From the NCBI GenBank assembly GCA_963845085.1, contig CAWJQI010000004.1, positions 320,001 to 384,000 on the forward strand: a stretch of DNA of 64,000 bases. Direction: 5' to 3'. The notes under the pieces are model-generated. The model was not told the DNA's origin, did not search any database, and saw nothing but the letters and a program-made list of their open reading frames with translations. Each line of letters starts with the position of its first letter. The stretch's first letter is position 1. This document shows, piece after piece, positions 47,480 through 57,807 of the stretch. The position numbers and the translations under genes are program-made. Origin of the DNA: Candidatus Fermentibacterota bacterium (GTDB lineage: Bacteria > Fermentibacterota > Fermentibacteria > Fermentibacterales > JCC-6).

Positions 47480-48270
47480 TTGATTCGCATCCATTCCTCG
47501 AATGCTTCCTCGAGGGGAGGAAGGTGAACCGAACGCTCCGTGCCCAGAGCGGAATAACGGGGCCGGGGGGCCGGCACACCGAGTTCCTTCCACGTAACCC
47601 CGAGGATCGCACCCTTGTTCAGCCGCGCCCTGATCATTCCCGCAAGTTCATACGGCGTGACGCTTCCGGAATTCACGCAGTGGAACACTCCGTTTCCGTC
47701 CGAATCAATTATCTCAACAACAGCGCGGACCAGGTGATCCGAAAGGGTCACGCAGGCGGTCTGATCCTTCACCGCGCGCAACGGAGATCCACTGAGAAGG
47801 CCCTTTCTGATCCAGGGAAGTATGCCCCTGTCACCGCTGCAAAGCCATGACGTTCTTATGACAGCGTTGCCCTCGAATGCAAGTGCGAAGGCTTCGCCAC
47901 TGAGCTTGCTCTCCCCGTAGGCATTCGCCGGGAACGGCTTCGCGCCTTCCGTAATGGGGTCGGTTCCCTCTGTGAAGACATGGTCCGTGGAGAAGGTCAG
48001 AAGCCTGATCCCGGTTTCCGCCAGGTTCCTGACACCATCGGCATGGACCTGAAAGGCCCGGTCAGGGTGGGTCTGGCAGTAATCCACATCAGTGAGGGCC
48101 GCCGTGTTGATGATCAGCCCCGGCTTCGTCCTGCGAACGGCCTCGGTCACAGAGAACCTGTCCGTTATATCGATCTCGGGAAGGTCCATTCCGCAAGCTC
48201 TTGCCCCAAAGTGCGCCATGAGGGCGGAGCCCAGCAATCCGCGGCAGCCCGTGACGAGTATCTCAGGCAC
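47476..48270 (-). CDS. rfbD: dTDP-4-dehydrorhamnose reductase family protein
   Basis: VTGCRGLLG, NTAA.TDVD, STDHVF, YGESKL.GE, APRPRYS. Confidence 0.82.
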   Translation of the reverse strand: MPEILVTGCRGLLGSALMAHFGARACGMDLPEIDITDRFSVTEAVRRTKPGLIINTAALTDVDYCQTHPDRAFQVHADGVRNLAETGIRLLTFSTDHVFTEGTDPITEGAKPFPANAYGESKLSGEAFALAFEGNAVIRTSWLCSGDRGILPWIRKGLLSGSPLRAVKDQTACVTLSDHLVRAVVEIIDSDGNGVFHCVNSGSVTPYELAGMIRARLNKGAILGVTWKELGVPAPRPRYSALGTERSVHLPPLEEAFEEWMRIK

Positions 48271-48988
48271 GGCCCGCCTCCCGCAGGGGCGGAAGCGCCC
48301 CGTCATCCAGTATCACGCGGGGATTGGAAACCGCAAGCACTTCCCAGCCTCCCGGGTGCAGATTCTCAACGAGAGCTCTCGCGCGCTCACCCAGCACCAT
48401 GTCATTCTCGCAGTGGCAGTCGCTGGTCACGAGATGGCACATGCCCGACTCGAGGATCCACTCCGCCTTCCGTCTGAAACGGGAGAACGACAGGGAACGA
48501 AGGCTCATGCTGACGCCGGAGCCAAGTCCTGCAAGGAACCTGATCCTTGCCGGAGTCGCCCATCTGTACCGCTCGGCATGGGCCAGAAGCGGTTTGTAGC
48601 CCTCCTTCAGGAGCCTGATGCACCTCTTCAGAACGCCGAACCAGAGCATGCCCTGAGAAAATTCCACCAGGACCCATCTGGTTCCCGGGTAGGCAACAAC
48701 TTCGTGAATCCTTGAGCGCCTCATCCCCATTTTGAGTTCGCCGGCGCAGATAACGGTCAACCTGTCGTCGGAAGCCCTTTCGGCAAAACTGCACGCTCTC
48801 GCGGACCTGGACCAGGCGGCAAATTCCGGCATGGCTGACGAGTAGTGTGGTGTAGCAGCGACAATGGAACCTTCAGGCATGTTCTGCCTCAGCTTCTCAA
48901 GAAGCCTGAGGGCGTCGGCCGGGGTCACGGGTCCGTCGTCGACACCCGGCACGATGTGGGTGTGAAGATCGCAGCAGGAGGCAGTCAC
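48263..48988 (-). CDS. CpsB/CapC-type PHP tyrosine-protein phosphatase
   Basis: DLHTHIVPGVDDG, ATPHY, LAHAERY, TSDCH. Confidence 0.85.
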   Translation of the reverse strand: MTASCCDLHTHIVPGVDDGPVTPADALRLLEKLRQNMPEGSIVAATPHYSSAMPEFAAWSRSARACSFAERASDDRLTVICAGELKMGMRRSRIHEVVAYPGTRWVLVEFSQGMLWFGVLKRCIRLLKEGYKPLLAHAERYRWATPARIRFLAGLGSGVSMSLRSLSFSRFRRKAEWILESGMCHLVTSDCHCENDMVLGERARALVENLHPGGWEVLAVSNPRVILDDGALPPLREAGRA

Positions 48989-49506
48989 GCCGGCCTGCCT
49001 AAGGCGGACAGAAGACCCGTCCTGCCCTGGAAGCGCATCCCGCGGAGCTTCATGCCCGAGGCGGTGACGGCGGTCAGCGCCTCGCCTTCCATACCCTTGC
49101 GGAATGTAAGGACAAAAACGCCATCCGGCTTCAGCAGATGGGCGGCTGCGAAAACGAAGCTGTAAAGAAGAAGGGGATCGCCCCGCCTGGATGCCTCCCT
49201 GCGCGGGTCGGGGCTCGGTCTGCCCGTTCCTCTGGTAAAGTAGGGCGGATTTGCAGTGACGAGGTCTGCTATCCCGGAATGAAACAGCGACGGAACCCGC
49301 TCCACTTCTGCAAGCACTGGAAGCACGGCGTCCCTGGAGCGGCCAAGGGAGGAGTGGCAGGTATCCAGGCCGATCCAGAGATATGCCCCGTTGACTTCCG
49401 CCACCAGCCTTGCCACCTCACCCTCCCCGGTACCGAGGTCAAAAGCCAGCCCTCCGCTTCCGGAGGCGGCCTCTCCGGCCAGAAGCACAGAGTCGTGGGT
49501 GATCAC
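48985..49506 (-). CDS. SAM-dependent methyltransferase, tRNA1(Val) A37 N6-methylase-like
   Basis: DSVLLA, DLGTGEG, ANPPYF, LLKPDG; start uncertain. Confidence 0.7.
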   Translation of the reverse strand: MITHDSVLLAGEAASGSGGLAFDLGTGEGEVARLVAEVNGAYLWIGLDTCHSSLGRSRDAVLPVLAEVERVPSLFHSGIADLVTANPPYFTRGTGRPSPDPRREASRRGDPLLLYSFVFAAAHLLKPDGVFVLTFRKGMEGEALTAVTASGMKLRGMRFQGRTGLLSALGRPA

Positions 49507-50114
49507 CGGTAAAGGGCCTTGGCAACGCCCCAGGTGTAGTTTTCGCCGGTGTAGTAGGGAACCCTGTTGTCCTCCCATCGGCGGATGCTCCAAAGACCGA
49601 ACTCATCGGCAACCATGGTGATGACCGCCTGCCCCTTCGAGGGCCGGTCCCACCCGCAGCCAAGCGTTCCGGCAGCCACGATGTAGTAGTCGCGGTAAAT
49701 GGTTACGCTGTCGACGGGCACCGGCGGATCGGGGTGCTCGGGGTCCACCATGAGATACGCCAGTGAAAGGCTGTCCTCCGGGGCGCCGGAAGCCTCAGCC
49801 TGGTAAAGGATCGATGCAACGGTCTGTTCCTCAACGCTCTTCGACCAGTCCGAGAAATCGAGGTCCTGGAAGTCGGGGTCGGAGACATCGAGCGGATCTG
49901 CAAGGAACTCGAAATCCTCGTGGAAGCAGGCATTGTAGTAATTTATGGAAAGCCCGTTGAGAGAGTTCTGAAGGTTCGCAATGACGACGGTCGGATGGAC
50001 GGGGTCCTCCCACTGCACGTCGGGATCGGGATCGGGGTCTTCGGGATCCCTGGGCTCGAACACGCTGCACGAGACGAGGAGCAATGCGCAGAACTGAAGA
50101 AATGGTCTCATCAT
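49503..50114 (-). CDS. hypothetical lipoprotein
   Basis: Lipobox LVSC followed by VFEPRDPEDP. Confidence 0.7.
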   Translation of the reverse strand: MMRPFLQFCALLLVSCSVFEPRDPEDPDPDPDVQWEDPVHPTVVIANLQNSLNGLSINYYNACFHEDFEFLADPLDVSDPDFQDLDFSDWSKSVEEQTVASILYQAEASGAPEDSLSLAYLMVDPEHPDPPVPVDSVTIYRDYYIVAAGTLGCGWDRPSKGQAVITMVADEFGLWSIRRWEDNRVPYYTGENYTWGVAKALYR

Positions 50115-50120
50115 ACGCTC

Positions 50121-51926
50121 CTAGAGCAGGTAGTTGAAGTTCATGGAGGCGCTCCAGTAACTTGGCACGTCCGTGGTGCGGATGGACCTTGTCATGTTTG
50201 CGGACAGCACTCCGCCCAGAATCCTTATCGAGTTTCTGATGCCGATGTGATGGATGTGCTCGTCGGTGCTGGTGCCCTGGTCAAGCCTGTTGCTCCACGA
50301 ATACTCCCAGCCGTAGCTGGGCGTTATGCCGACGTTGTCCGACACATGGAAACCCATGTTGAACGTGAGGCGGGAGTTCACGGTCTCGGTGGTTCTGGCG
50401 AAAAGCCTGTTCTCGTATCGGCCCTGGTCACGGAACATGAAGGTGTGGCTGATGCCGAGAACCGTGCTGTCGCTGCTCACCCTGTTGAAGGTGAAAAACG
50501 ATTCCAGCCTGCGGCTCAGACGGTTGCCCTGGCTTGAATACTGCGGGAAGAAGTATGTGGTGTAGTCTGCGCTGAGCTTCACGGAGTGGTCGACATTCCA
50601 TCCCCGTCCAACGTTGCATTCGTACCCGGGACGGACGCTGTAAGTGGAGCTGCGCCTGTTTTCGCCGGACATGGACGCCATGAGGAAGATCGTCTCGCGA
50701 CGCTGCCCCTGCATCTCGCCCTTCAGGGTGAACCAGTCGGAGAGCGGGATCCTCGCCGAAATGCCAAGAAGCTCCCGGAGCTCATCATTGTCGGTATCGT
50801 CTTCGTAAGTGTTTCCGAAGCTGTCCTCCCAGGTCCCGGAGGTGTCGGTCCGGTAAAGGTCGACCAGCCTGTGGAAGGTGATGCTGCTCTCCCCCGGTGT
50901 GTAGATGAGCCTGAAGGAGAGAAGCCTGTCGTCAGTTGTTTTCGAAATGTCGAACAGATCGGGCATGCCCGCAATCTGGCGCTTGGAGTCTTCTAGGTTG
51001 AGCGTGCGGGAGATATTGATGTCGAGGTCGATCTCTTCCAGCATCTCCCATACGATCGTGCAGCCTATCTGACGCCCGTTGGTCGAATTGTCGCCGGGAT
51101 TGCCTTCGATCGTGGTGTCGGGGTCGAATTCGGTGTTGATCCTGTCCTCAAAGGACCAGGCACCGCTCATCTCCATGAAGATTCCGGGGATTATCTCGGG
51201 CAGGACGAGGCTTTCAGAATGCCTCCAGCTCTCCCCCCGTCTCGAAAGCTCGGTCTCGTAGTTCGTGTTGAAATTCCTGTCGGCGCCCACCTCTGCGTTG
51301 AAGCTGCCGCCCATCCAGGAATCGGGGAAATTGTAGCCCATCCTTGCGGAGATGTTGTCACGCCCGGTGTCCACCAGGCTGCCGTACGCCCTGCCCTCGG
51401 TAACGCTCAGGCTTGCGCTCAGGATGTTGAACAACCGCCTCGTGAGGGTTGCACTGACATCCTGGAGCGAACCGTCGTTCACCTTGGGAGCAAGTGAATC
51501 GCGGTACATCGTACTCGATGAGAAAAGTCCCGCCTGCATGTCAAGAGAGAGCCATTCCGCAGGGCTGAACCTGATCTGGCCCGTACTGCTGTCGTTTATC
51601 TGGTCCTGCTCCATCGATCCCGCTTTGTCCCACAGGTCGATCGACCGGGCGAAACTGGTGGATATCTCCATCCCCGGCCTGGGCTTCCAGCTCAGCCACG
51701 CCCTGCCGCTCCTGCCGTCGGTGAACCTTTGAAGGGCGAGGCTTCTCGATGCGATGAAGGTTGCGCTTCCGTTGATGCTCAGGTTGCGGGAAAAATCCTG
51801 GGAAAAGGTGAGGGAATTCGTCAGGTTGCTGGTGTTCTTGTACTGGTCGAGCCCGACGTTGTAGTTGGCGTTCCAGGCCGGAAGCATGCCGGCGCACAGG
51901 AACAGCAAGGGAAGGCTTCTTTTCAC
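50121..51926 (-). CDS. hypothetical outer-membrane beta-barrel protein
   Basis: Signal peptide, Ser/Thr-rich alternating strands throughout, C-terminal SMNFNYLL. Confidence 0.65.
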   Translation of the reverse strand: MKRSLPLLFLCAGMLPAWNANYNVGLDQYKNTSNLTNSLTFSQDFSRNLSINGSATFIASRSLALQRFTDGRSGRAWLSWKPRPGMEISTSFARSIDLWDKAGSMEQDQINDSSTGQIRFSPAEWLSLDMQAGLFSSSTMYRDSLAPKVNDGSLQDVSATLTRRLFNILSASLSVTEGRAYGSLVDTGRDNISARMGYNFPDSWMGGSFNAEVGADRNFNTNYETELSRRGESWRHSESLVLPEIIPGIFMEMSGAWSFEDRINTEFDPDTTIEGNPGDNSTNGRQIGCTIVWEMLEEIDLDINISRTLNLEDSKRQIAGMPDLFDISKTTDDRLLSFRLIYTPGESSITFHRLVDLYRTDTSGTWEDSFGNTYEDDTDNDELRELLGISARIPLSDWFTLKGEMQGQRRETIFLMASMSGENRRSSTYSVRPGYECNVGRGWNVDHSVKLSADYTTYFFPQYSSQGNRLSRRLESFFTFNRVSSDSTVLGISHTFMFRDQGRYENRLFARTTETVNSRLTFNMGFHVSDNVGITPSYGWEYSWSNRLDQGTSTDEHIHHIGIRNSIRILGGVLSANMTRSIRTTDVPSYWSASMNFNYLL

Positions 51927-52738
51927 GGACCCACCTCTTCCGCCATCGCAGCGAAGCTTTCCGGCGGAACCCTCTCCGCCCGAAGGTCGGGGCTCACCCC
52001 GGCGCTTTCAAGTATAGCCAATGCCCGCGTCTTTCCATAGGCCCGGGTCAGGTTATTTACGATCTTCTTCCGCCGGGAGGAGAAGGCGGCTTTTACAATC
52101 TCGACGAAGCGGGGGTAAAGCTCCGGGGCGAGGGGAGGGATCGGTTTCCTCTCAAGCAGAACCACGTGCGACTCCACCTCGGGACGCGGAAAGAACTCCC
52201 ACGGGTCCGCAGCGAACAGCATTGAAACCGTGAAGTGCGGCCAGACCGCGAGGGCCAGCCTTCCGTATTCCCTGCCTCCCGTAAGGCACTCAAGCCTTAT
52301 GGCGACCTCCCGCTGAAGCATCAGGACAGCCCTTGAAACCGAAAGGAAGCCCGGCTCGCAAAGGCGGATCACTGCCGGAGTGGAAATGCTGTACGGAAGG
52401 TTCGAGGCGACCGCAGCAAAAGGATGGCCGGGGAGCTCTTCCGGAACAGCCTTTAAAAAGTCATTCTGCACCACGTGCAATGCCGGATGCATCTCCCGCA
52501 GCCTTACGCTCATGGCCTGGGATATCTCCAGCGCGGTCACCCGAAGCCCCCTGTCCAGAAGAGCTTCGGTGAGGGCGCCGAGGCCCGGGCCGATCTCGAG
52601 GACGGGTCCCGCCGGGTCGCCCAGCGCCATGGCGATCCTTGCTGCCAGAAGGGGATTGACGAGGAAGTTCTGCCCGAGCCCCCTGTCCGGCACCACGCCA
52701 AGCTGTTTCAGTGTGTTCCTGGTCTCCGCGGTGTTCAT
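51923..52738 (-). CDS. rsmA: 16S rRNA dimethyladenosine transferase
   Basis: LGQNFL, EIGPGLGALT, SNLPYSIS, MLQREVA.R, F.PRPEV.S. Confidence 0.95.
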   Translation of the reverse strand: MNTAETRNTLKQLGVVPDRGLGQNFLVNPLLAARIAMALGDPAGPVLEIGPGLGALTEALLDRGLRVTALEISQAMSVRLREMHPALHVVQNDFLKAVPEELPGHPFAAVASNLPYSISTPAVIRLCEPGFLSVSRAVLMLQREVAIRLECLTGGREYGRLALAVWPHFTVSMLFAADPWEFFPRPEVESHVVLLERKPIPPLAPELYPRFVEIVKAAFSSRRKKIVNNLTRAYGKTRALAILESAGVSPDLRAERVPPESFAAMAEEVGP

Positions 52739-54113
52739 TCGGCGCCCCTGACATGGAGTGGGATTGAAAGCCGGGAGGCCATCGCCTTCACCCTGGGCAT
52801 GTCGGCCCCGGAACCGGCAACCGCAGTGAGCACCGCTTCGATCGAGAGCCTTCTGACAAGCCTGATGAACCCCATGAGGCTTTCCCAGCCGTCACGGCAT
52901 GTGCCGGGGCAGATCCTCTCGTATTCGGTCGGCGCCGGAAGCGTTTAGGCTGATGCTCACTCGGTCGAACTTCGATAGAAGGGTTTCAACGGCCTCGACC
53001 GTCATGTGATCGAGGCACAGCCCGTTGGTGTTGAGCCGGGTCACGGCACCCGACGCCTTTCGCCAGCCCGGAAGCCTCGAGGAGCAGGTCGGGCCTCATC
53101 GTGGGTTCTCCGTAACCACAGAAAACCACTTCGGAGAAACGCGAAGGGCCGGCTGCGGCAAGAGCTGTGAGAACCGCCTGCCTTGAAGGCTCCGAACGGT
53201 GTCTGAGATTGTAGCCGCCGATCCCGTCCACCTGCCGCCGAATGCAGAACACGCACGAGGCGTTGCACTTCCCGGTGATGTTCACGTAAAGGTTGCCCCC
53301 CATGGGGTAAACGAGGTGGGTCCTCCTGTTGGCGGGTGAAAGGAGAAATGCGTCGAGGGCGTTGTTCCACAGAATGTGAAGGGTTTCTCCGACCGACAGG
53401 TTCCATTCCCTGGCAATCCTCACCGCGGTGACCTGCGACAGCCCCGGTTCGTTCCTTTTTCCCCGGTGAGGTTCGGGGGGAAGGAAAGGGGCATCGGTTT
53501 CCACCAGCACCAGATCCCTTGGAATAAGACCAAGCGTGTGCGCGATGGCGCTTTTTTTGTATGTGAGTGCGCCGGTGATGCCGAAGCGGAACCCCCGCTT
53601 CACGGCCTCCCTCGTGGCAGTTTCGTCGCCGCACCAGCTGTGGAGGATCACCGGAACGGGGGGGGCATCGGGAAGGGCATCGAGAACGGCCTTCTCGGCG
53701 CCCCTGGAGTGAACCACAAGGGGAAGGCCGAGGTCGGACGAGAGCTTTACATGCTTTTGAAACCAGAGCATCTGGGTTTCCCTGGGGAACCGGTCCCTGT
53801 AATGATCAAGTCCGGTCTCGCCCACCGCTGCAGCCTGTGGAAGCAGGCAGAGACCGGAAATCTCTTCAAAGGCTTCCATGGTGGCTTCTTCGAGATGGTT
53901 GGGATGAAAGCCGGCTGCCGACCAGAGCCCGTACTCATGCGCGACTGCGCTTGACCGGGCGCTTGACCGCAAATCGATGGATGGGATCAGTATGCCCCTT
54001 ACACCGGCCAGGAAGGCCCGTTCCACAACCGCCCCGAGGTCTTCATCGAACTCGGGGAAATGAAGGTGGCAGTGGGTGTCGAAAAGCTCCCCCGGCCAAT
54101 GGGAACGGTTCAC
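52735..54113 (-). CDS. TatD family nuclease fused to a TatD-associated radical SAM domain; frameshifts at ~53058 and ~52928
   Basis: DTHCH, GETGLD, HSR, ETDAPFL; LYVNITGKCNASCVFC, FCGYGEP, then after the shifts RLNTNG, VSISLNA, EYERIC...HVRGAE* overlapping the rsmA ATG. Confidence 0.85.
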
Positions 54114-54115
54114 CC

Positions 54116-55390
54116 TCAGATTTCCCGCCGGATCAGATGGCTGCGGTCAGGGCCTGTGGATATGGCCCTTATGGGCACGCCGGCAAGCTTTTCAAGGGTC
54201 TGCACGTAGTTTCTGGCGTTCCGGGGAAGGGACTCCCATCGGGTTTCCCCCCTGATGTCTTCCTTCCAGCCGGGCAGGGTCTCGTACACGGGGATGTGAC
54301 AGCCAAGCCTTGCCCCGGTCTCGAAAAGCGCAAGTTCCTGTTCGGGGTCAAGCTCGTAACGGGTGCAGACCGAAAGCTCGTCAAAACCCGAGAGAACGTC
54401 GAGAAGCGTAAGGGTTATCCAGTCGCAACCGTTGAGACGGCTCGAGTACCTGGCCAGAACGCCGTCAAGCCAGCCGCACCTTCTCGGACGACCCGTCGTG
54501 GTGCCGTATTCGTTGCCGGCCTTCCTGATCCGCTCTCCGATCTCGTTCTCCTGCTCGGTCGGGAAGGGGCCTTCACCGACCCTGCTGGAGTAGGCCTTCA
54601 GAATGCCCACCACCTCGCCGACCCGGTTCGGGCCGAAGCCGAGGCTGGTGCATGCAGCACCGCTTACGCACTGACCGCATGTGACGAACGGGTATGTGCC
54701 GTGGTCAGGGTCGAGAAGGGTTCCCTGCGCACCCTCGGCGATCACGGTGCCGTTCTGGTCGAGTATCCGGGAGATGGCGTAGGAAACATCGCCTGCATGC
54801 CGTGAGAGGGATAGCGCCGCCCTGATGAAGGATTCGGTTTCAACCTTCAGGGCTTCGGCGCCGGCGCCGTCGAGCCCGAACTCCCTGATGCACTCTTCTG
54901 CCTTTTCCCGAGACCTTGCCGTAAAGAGGTCAGGCAGGGAAATGTCTTCGAGGCGGATGCCCCGTCGACGGAATTTTTCAACGTAGGTCGGGCCGATGCC
55001 CCGGCCCGTAGTTCCGATCCTGCAGGCTCCGCCCCCCTCCGAGCGCGTTTCGGAGACCCTGGCGGCGGGATGCACAAGGTGAACCTTGCCGCTTATGAGA
55101 AGCCTGTCTCCGACGGATATGCCCGTTTCCTCGAGGTCGCCTATCTCCTTCAGGAGAGCCACGGGATCAACAACGCACCCTGCACCTATCATGCCGGCCA
55201 TTCCCTGCCGCAGAACACCGGAAGGCAACAGATGAAGTGCGTACCTTCCCGTTGGAGTTTCCACGGTGTGGCCTGCGTTCGCCCCGCCGGAGAACCTGGC
55301 GACAGCCGCCGCATCCACGGCAAGATGATCGACCATCTTGCCCTTCCCCTCGTCACCCCATTGGAGCCCAACAACTATTCTGACCGGCAT
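54116..55390 (-). CDS. purA: adenylosuccinate synthetase
   Basis: GLQWGDEGKGK, GGANAGHT, IGTTGRGIGP, EGAQG, EYGTTTGRPRRCGW. Confidence 0.97.
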   Translation of the reverse strand: MPVRIVVGLQWGDEGKGKMVDHLAVDAAAVARFSGGANAGHTVETPTGRYALHLLPSGVLRQGMAGMIGAGCVVDPVALLKEIGDLEETGISVGDRLLISGKVHLVHPAARVSETRSEGGGACRIGTTGRGIGPTYVEKFRRRGIRLEDISLPDLFTARSREKAEECIREFGLDGAGAEALKVETESFIRAALSLSRHAGDVSYAISRILDQNGTVIAEGAQGTLLDPDHGTYPFVTCGQCVSGAACTSLGFGPNRVGEVVGILKAYSSRVGEGPFPTEQENEIGERIRKAGNEYGTTTGRPRRCGWLDGVLARYSSRLNGCDWITLTLLDVLSGFDELSVCTRYELDPEQELALFETGARLGCHIPVYETLPGWKEDIRGETRWESLPRNARNYVQTLEKLAGVPIRAISTGPDRSHLIRREI

Positions 55391-55398
55391 TTCTCCCC

Positions 55399-55968
55399 CT
55401 AATCCGCCGTGACCTGGACAAGCCAGCGAAGCAGTTCCTTAATTCCCGAACCGCGGACCGACGATACCGGAATTACCGGCCCCAGCTCCTCGGCCTTCCT
55501 TCGGGATTCGGAAAGCTTCGAGGCTCCGAGTTTGTCGCTTTTAGTCAAAGCCACGATGTATGGTTTGCCGCTGCCCCTGAGGAATTCGGCCATGCCCTGG
55601 TCGCTCTCCATCTCCGGGTGCCGGCTGTCCACGAGAAGGACGGTTCCTCTCAGAGGGCGTCTGCGCCCGAGATAATCCTCCATCCATTCAAGCCACTTTG
55701 ACCTCTCGCCGCCGGGCGCTTTTGCATATCCGTATCCTGGAAGGTCTGCGACATAGTAGCCGCGGTTGGTGGTATAAATGTTGATGAAGCGGGTGCAGCC
55801 CGGTGAGGAGCTTGTGCGTGCAACCTGGACGCCCCCGGCAAGGCAGTTTATGAGGGACGACTTCCCCACATTCGAGCGGCCTGTGAACGCGACTTCGGGA
55901 AGGCCGTCCTCCGGAAGACCGATCCCTCCCGGGCAGCTTTTTAAAAAGCCAAGTTCCAAACCGGGCAA
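55399..55968 (-). CDS. engB: ribosome biogenesis GTPase YihA/YsxC
   Basis: GRSNVGKSSLIN, DLPGYGYA, TKSDK. Confidence 0.93.
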   Translation of the reverse strand: MPGLELGFLKSCPGGIGLPEDGLPEVAFTGRSNVGKSSLINCLAGGVQVARTSSSPGCTRFINIYTTNRGYYVADLPGYGYAKAPGGERSKWLEWMEDYLGRRRPLRGTVLLVDSRHPEMESDQGMAEFLRGSGKPYIVALTKSDKLGASKLSESRRKAEELGPVIPVSSVRGSGIKELLRWLVQVTAD

Positions 55969-55969
55969 A

Positions 55970-57214
55970 TCAGACCGCTTTTCTTCCCCTCCGGGACATG
56001 ATGCGGGGCTTCTTGGACCCGGTGACGCAGTCTTCGGTCACCAGAAGAGTCCCTGTTTTTTCCTTCGCATCGGGAATGGTGTACATGGGTTCGAGAAGTA
56101 CCCGTTCGAGAATGGTGCGAAGCCCCCTGGCGCCGCTCTTTGTCTTCCTGGCCTCGAACGCGATCGCCCGGAGGGCGTCGGGGGTGACCTCGAGCGACAG
56201 CCCCTCGAGATTGAAGAGGTACGAATACTGCTTCATGAGGGCGTTCTTCGGCTCGGTCAGCACCCTGACGAGGGCATCCTCGTCGAGATCCTCGAGGGTG
56301 ACCACCACCGGAAGCCTTCCCACGAGCTCGGGGATGATCCCGTAGCGGACCAGATCGTGAGCCTCCACCTGTTCGAGCATGGAGGTTTCCTGCTCCCCGC
56401 CCTTGATGTCGGCGCCGAATCCCATCACACCGCGGCTGAGCCTCGACTCGATGATCCTGTCAAGTCCGTGGAAGGCGCCGCCGCATATGAACAGAATGCC
56501 CGAAGTATCGATGTAGATGTTTTCCTGGTAGGGGTGTTTCCTTCCCCCCTGGGGCGGAACTCCCGCAACGGTCCCCTCGACGATCTTCAGGAGCGCCTGC
56601 TGAACGCCCTCGCCGGATACGTCCCGCGTGATGGAAGGGTTCTCGGACTTGCGTGAGATCTTGTCCAGCTCGTCGATGTATATGATCCCGTGCTGGGCTT
56701 CCTCGACGTTCATGTCGGTGACCTGAAGCAGCCTCAGGAGGATGTTCTCCACATCCTCGCCGACATACCCGGCTTCTGTCAGGGTCGTTGCGTCGGCAAT
56801 TGCGAACGGAACCTCGAGTATGCGGGCAAGGGTGCGGGCGAGCAGGGTCTTGCCCACGCCGGTGGGTCCCAGAAGAAGGATGTTGCTCTTCTCGAGTTCA
56901 ATTTCGGTTTCGCCCTGCTGTTTGGCCAGAAGCTTCTTGTAGTGGTTGTAGACTGCCACGGAGAGTACCTTCTTCGCCTTCTCCTGGCCTACAACGTACT
57001 GGTCGAGCTGCTCCTTGATCTCTCTCGGAGAGGGAAGCCCCTTGTGGAACAGACCGGTCGCGGATTTGTCATCCGGCTTCCCCGGTGTCTCGGTGATGAT
57101 CTCGCTGCAGTACCTTACGCAGTCATCGCAGATGAAGACTCCCGGCCCCTGGATGAGCTGGTTCACTTCCCCCGATGCCCTGTTGCAGAAGGAACAGCGA
57201 TTCTCTTTGGGCAT
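55970..57214 (-). CDS. clpX: ATP-dependent Clp protease ATP-binding subunit
   Basis: CSFC zinc finger, [33 protein letters not shown]. Confidence 0.97.
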   Translation of the reverse strand: MPKENRCSFCNRASGEVNQLIQGPGVFICDDCVRYCSEIITETPGKPDDKSATGLFHKGLPSPREIKEQLDQYVVGQEKAKKVLSVAVYNHYKKLLAKQQGETEIELEKSNILLLGPTGVGKTLLARTLARILEVPFAIADATTLTEAGYVGEDVENILLRLLQVTDMNVEEAQHGIIYIDELDKISRKSENPSITRDVSGEGVQQALLKIVEGTVAGVPPQGGRKHPYQENIYIDTSGILFICGGAFHGLDRIIESRLSRGVMGFGADIKGGEQETSMLEQVEAHDLVRYGIIPELVGRLPVVVTLEDLDEDALVRVLTEPKNALMKQYSYLFNLEGLSLEVTPDALRAIAFEARKTKSGARGLRTILERVLLEPMYTIPDAKEKTGTLLVTEDCVTGSKKPRIMSRRGRKAV

Positions 57215-57215
57215 G

Positions 57216-57807
57216 CTACATCCTCTTGTTCAAAATGTTGTCTACTATGCCATATTCAACGGACTCGGCAGCATTCATCCAGAAGTTCCTGTCGGAGTCA
57301 CGGGCGATCCTGTCGATTGGCTGTCCCGTGCATTCGGCGAGTATGCCGTTCATCTCCTCCCTGATCTTCAGGATCTCGCGGGCCTCGATCTCGATGTCGC
57401 TGGCCTGGCCGCTCACACCGCCGCTGGGCTGGTGGATCATTATGCGGGCATGGGGGAGGATGTTCCTCTTGCCCTTCGCACCGGCCGCAAGAAGCACCGA
57501 AGCCATGCTGGCCGCACTCCCCATGCAGAAGGTCGCGATGTCGGGGCGGATGAAGCGCATCGTGTCGTATATCGCAAGCCCCGCGGAAACAGAGCCTCCG
57601 GGGCTGTGGATGTACATGTTGATGTCTTTCTTGGGGTCCTGACCCTCGAGGAACAACAGCTGCGCCACAACGAGCCCTGCGGCCTGGTGGCGTGATCACG
57701 TCGCCGATGAAAACGATGCGGTCCTTCAGCAAGCGCGAGTAGATGTCGTACGAGCGCTCGTAGTTACCGTCCCTCTCCACAACGAAGGGAATGACGGAAG
57801 ACATCAT
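57216..57807 (-). CDS. clpP: ATP-dependent Clp protease proteolytic subunit; frameshift at ~57690
   Basis: [17 protein letters not shown] in one frame and LVVAQLLFL...SPGGSV..G, AASM, MIHQP in the next; removing one base restores the canonical spacing. Confidence 0.93.

Noticed and set aside
57216..57807. clpP as a pseudogene or programmed frameshift
   Set aside because: A single extra base with otherwise intact catalytic motifs, no slippery heptamer, and similar indels elsewhere point to assembly error.
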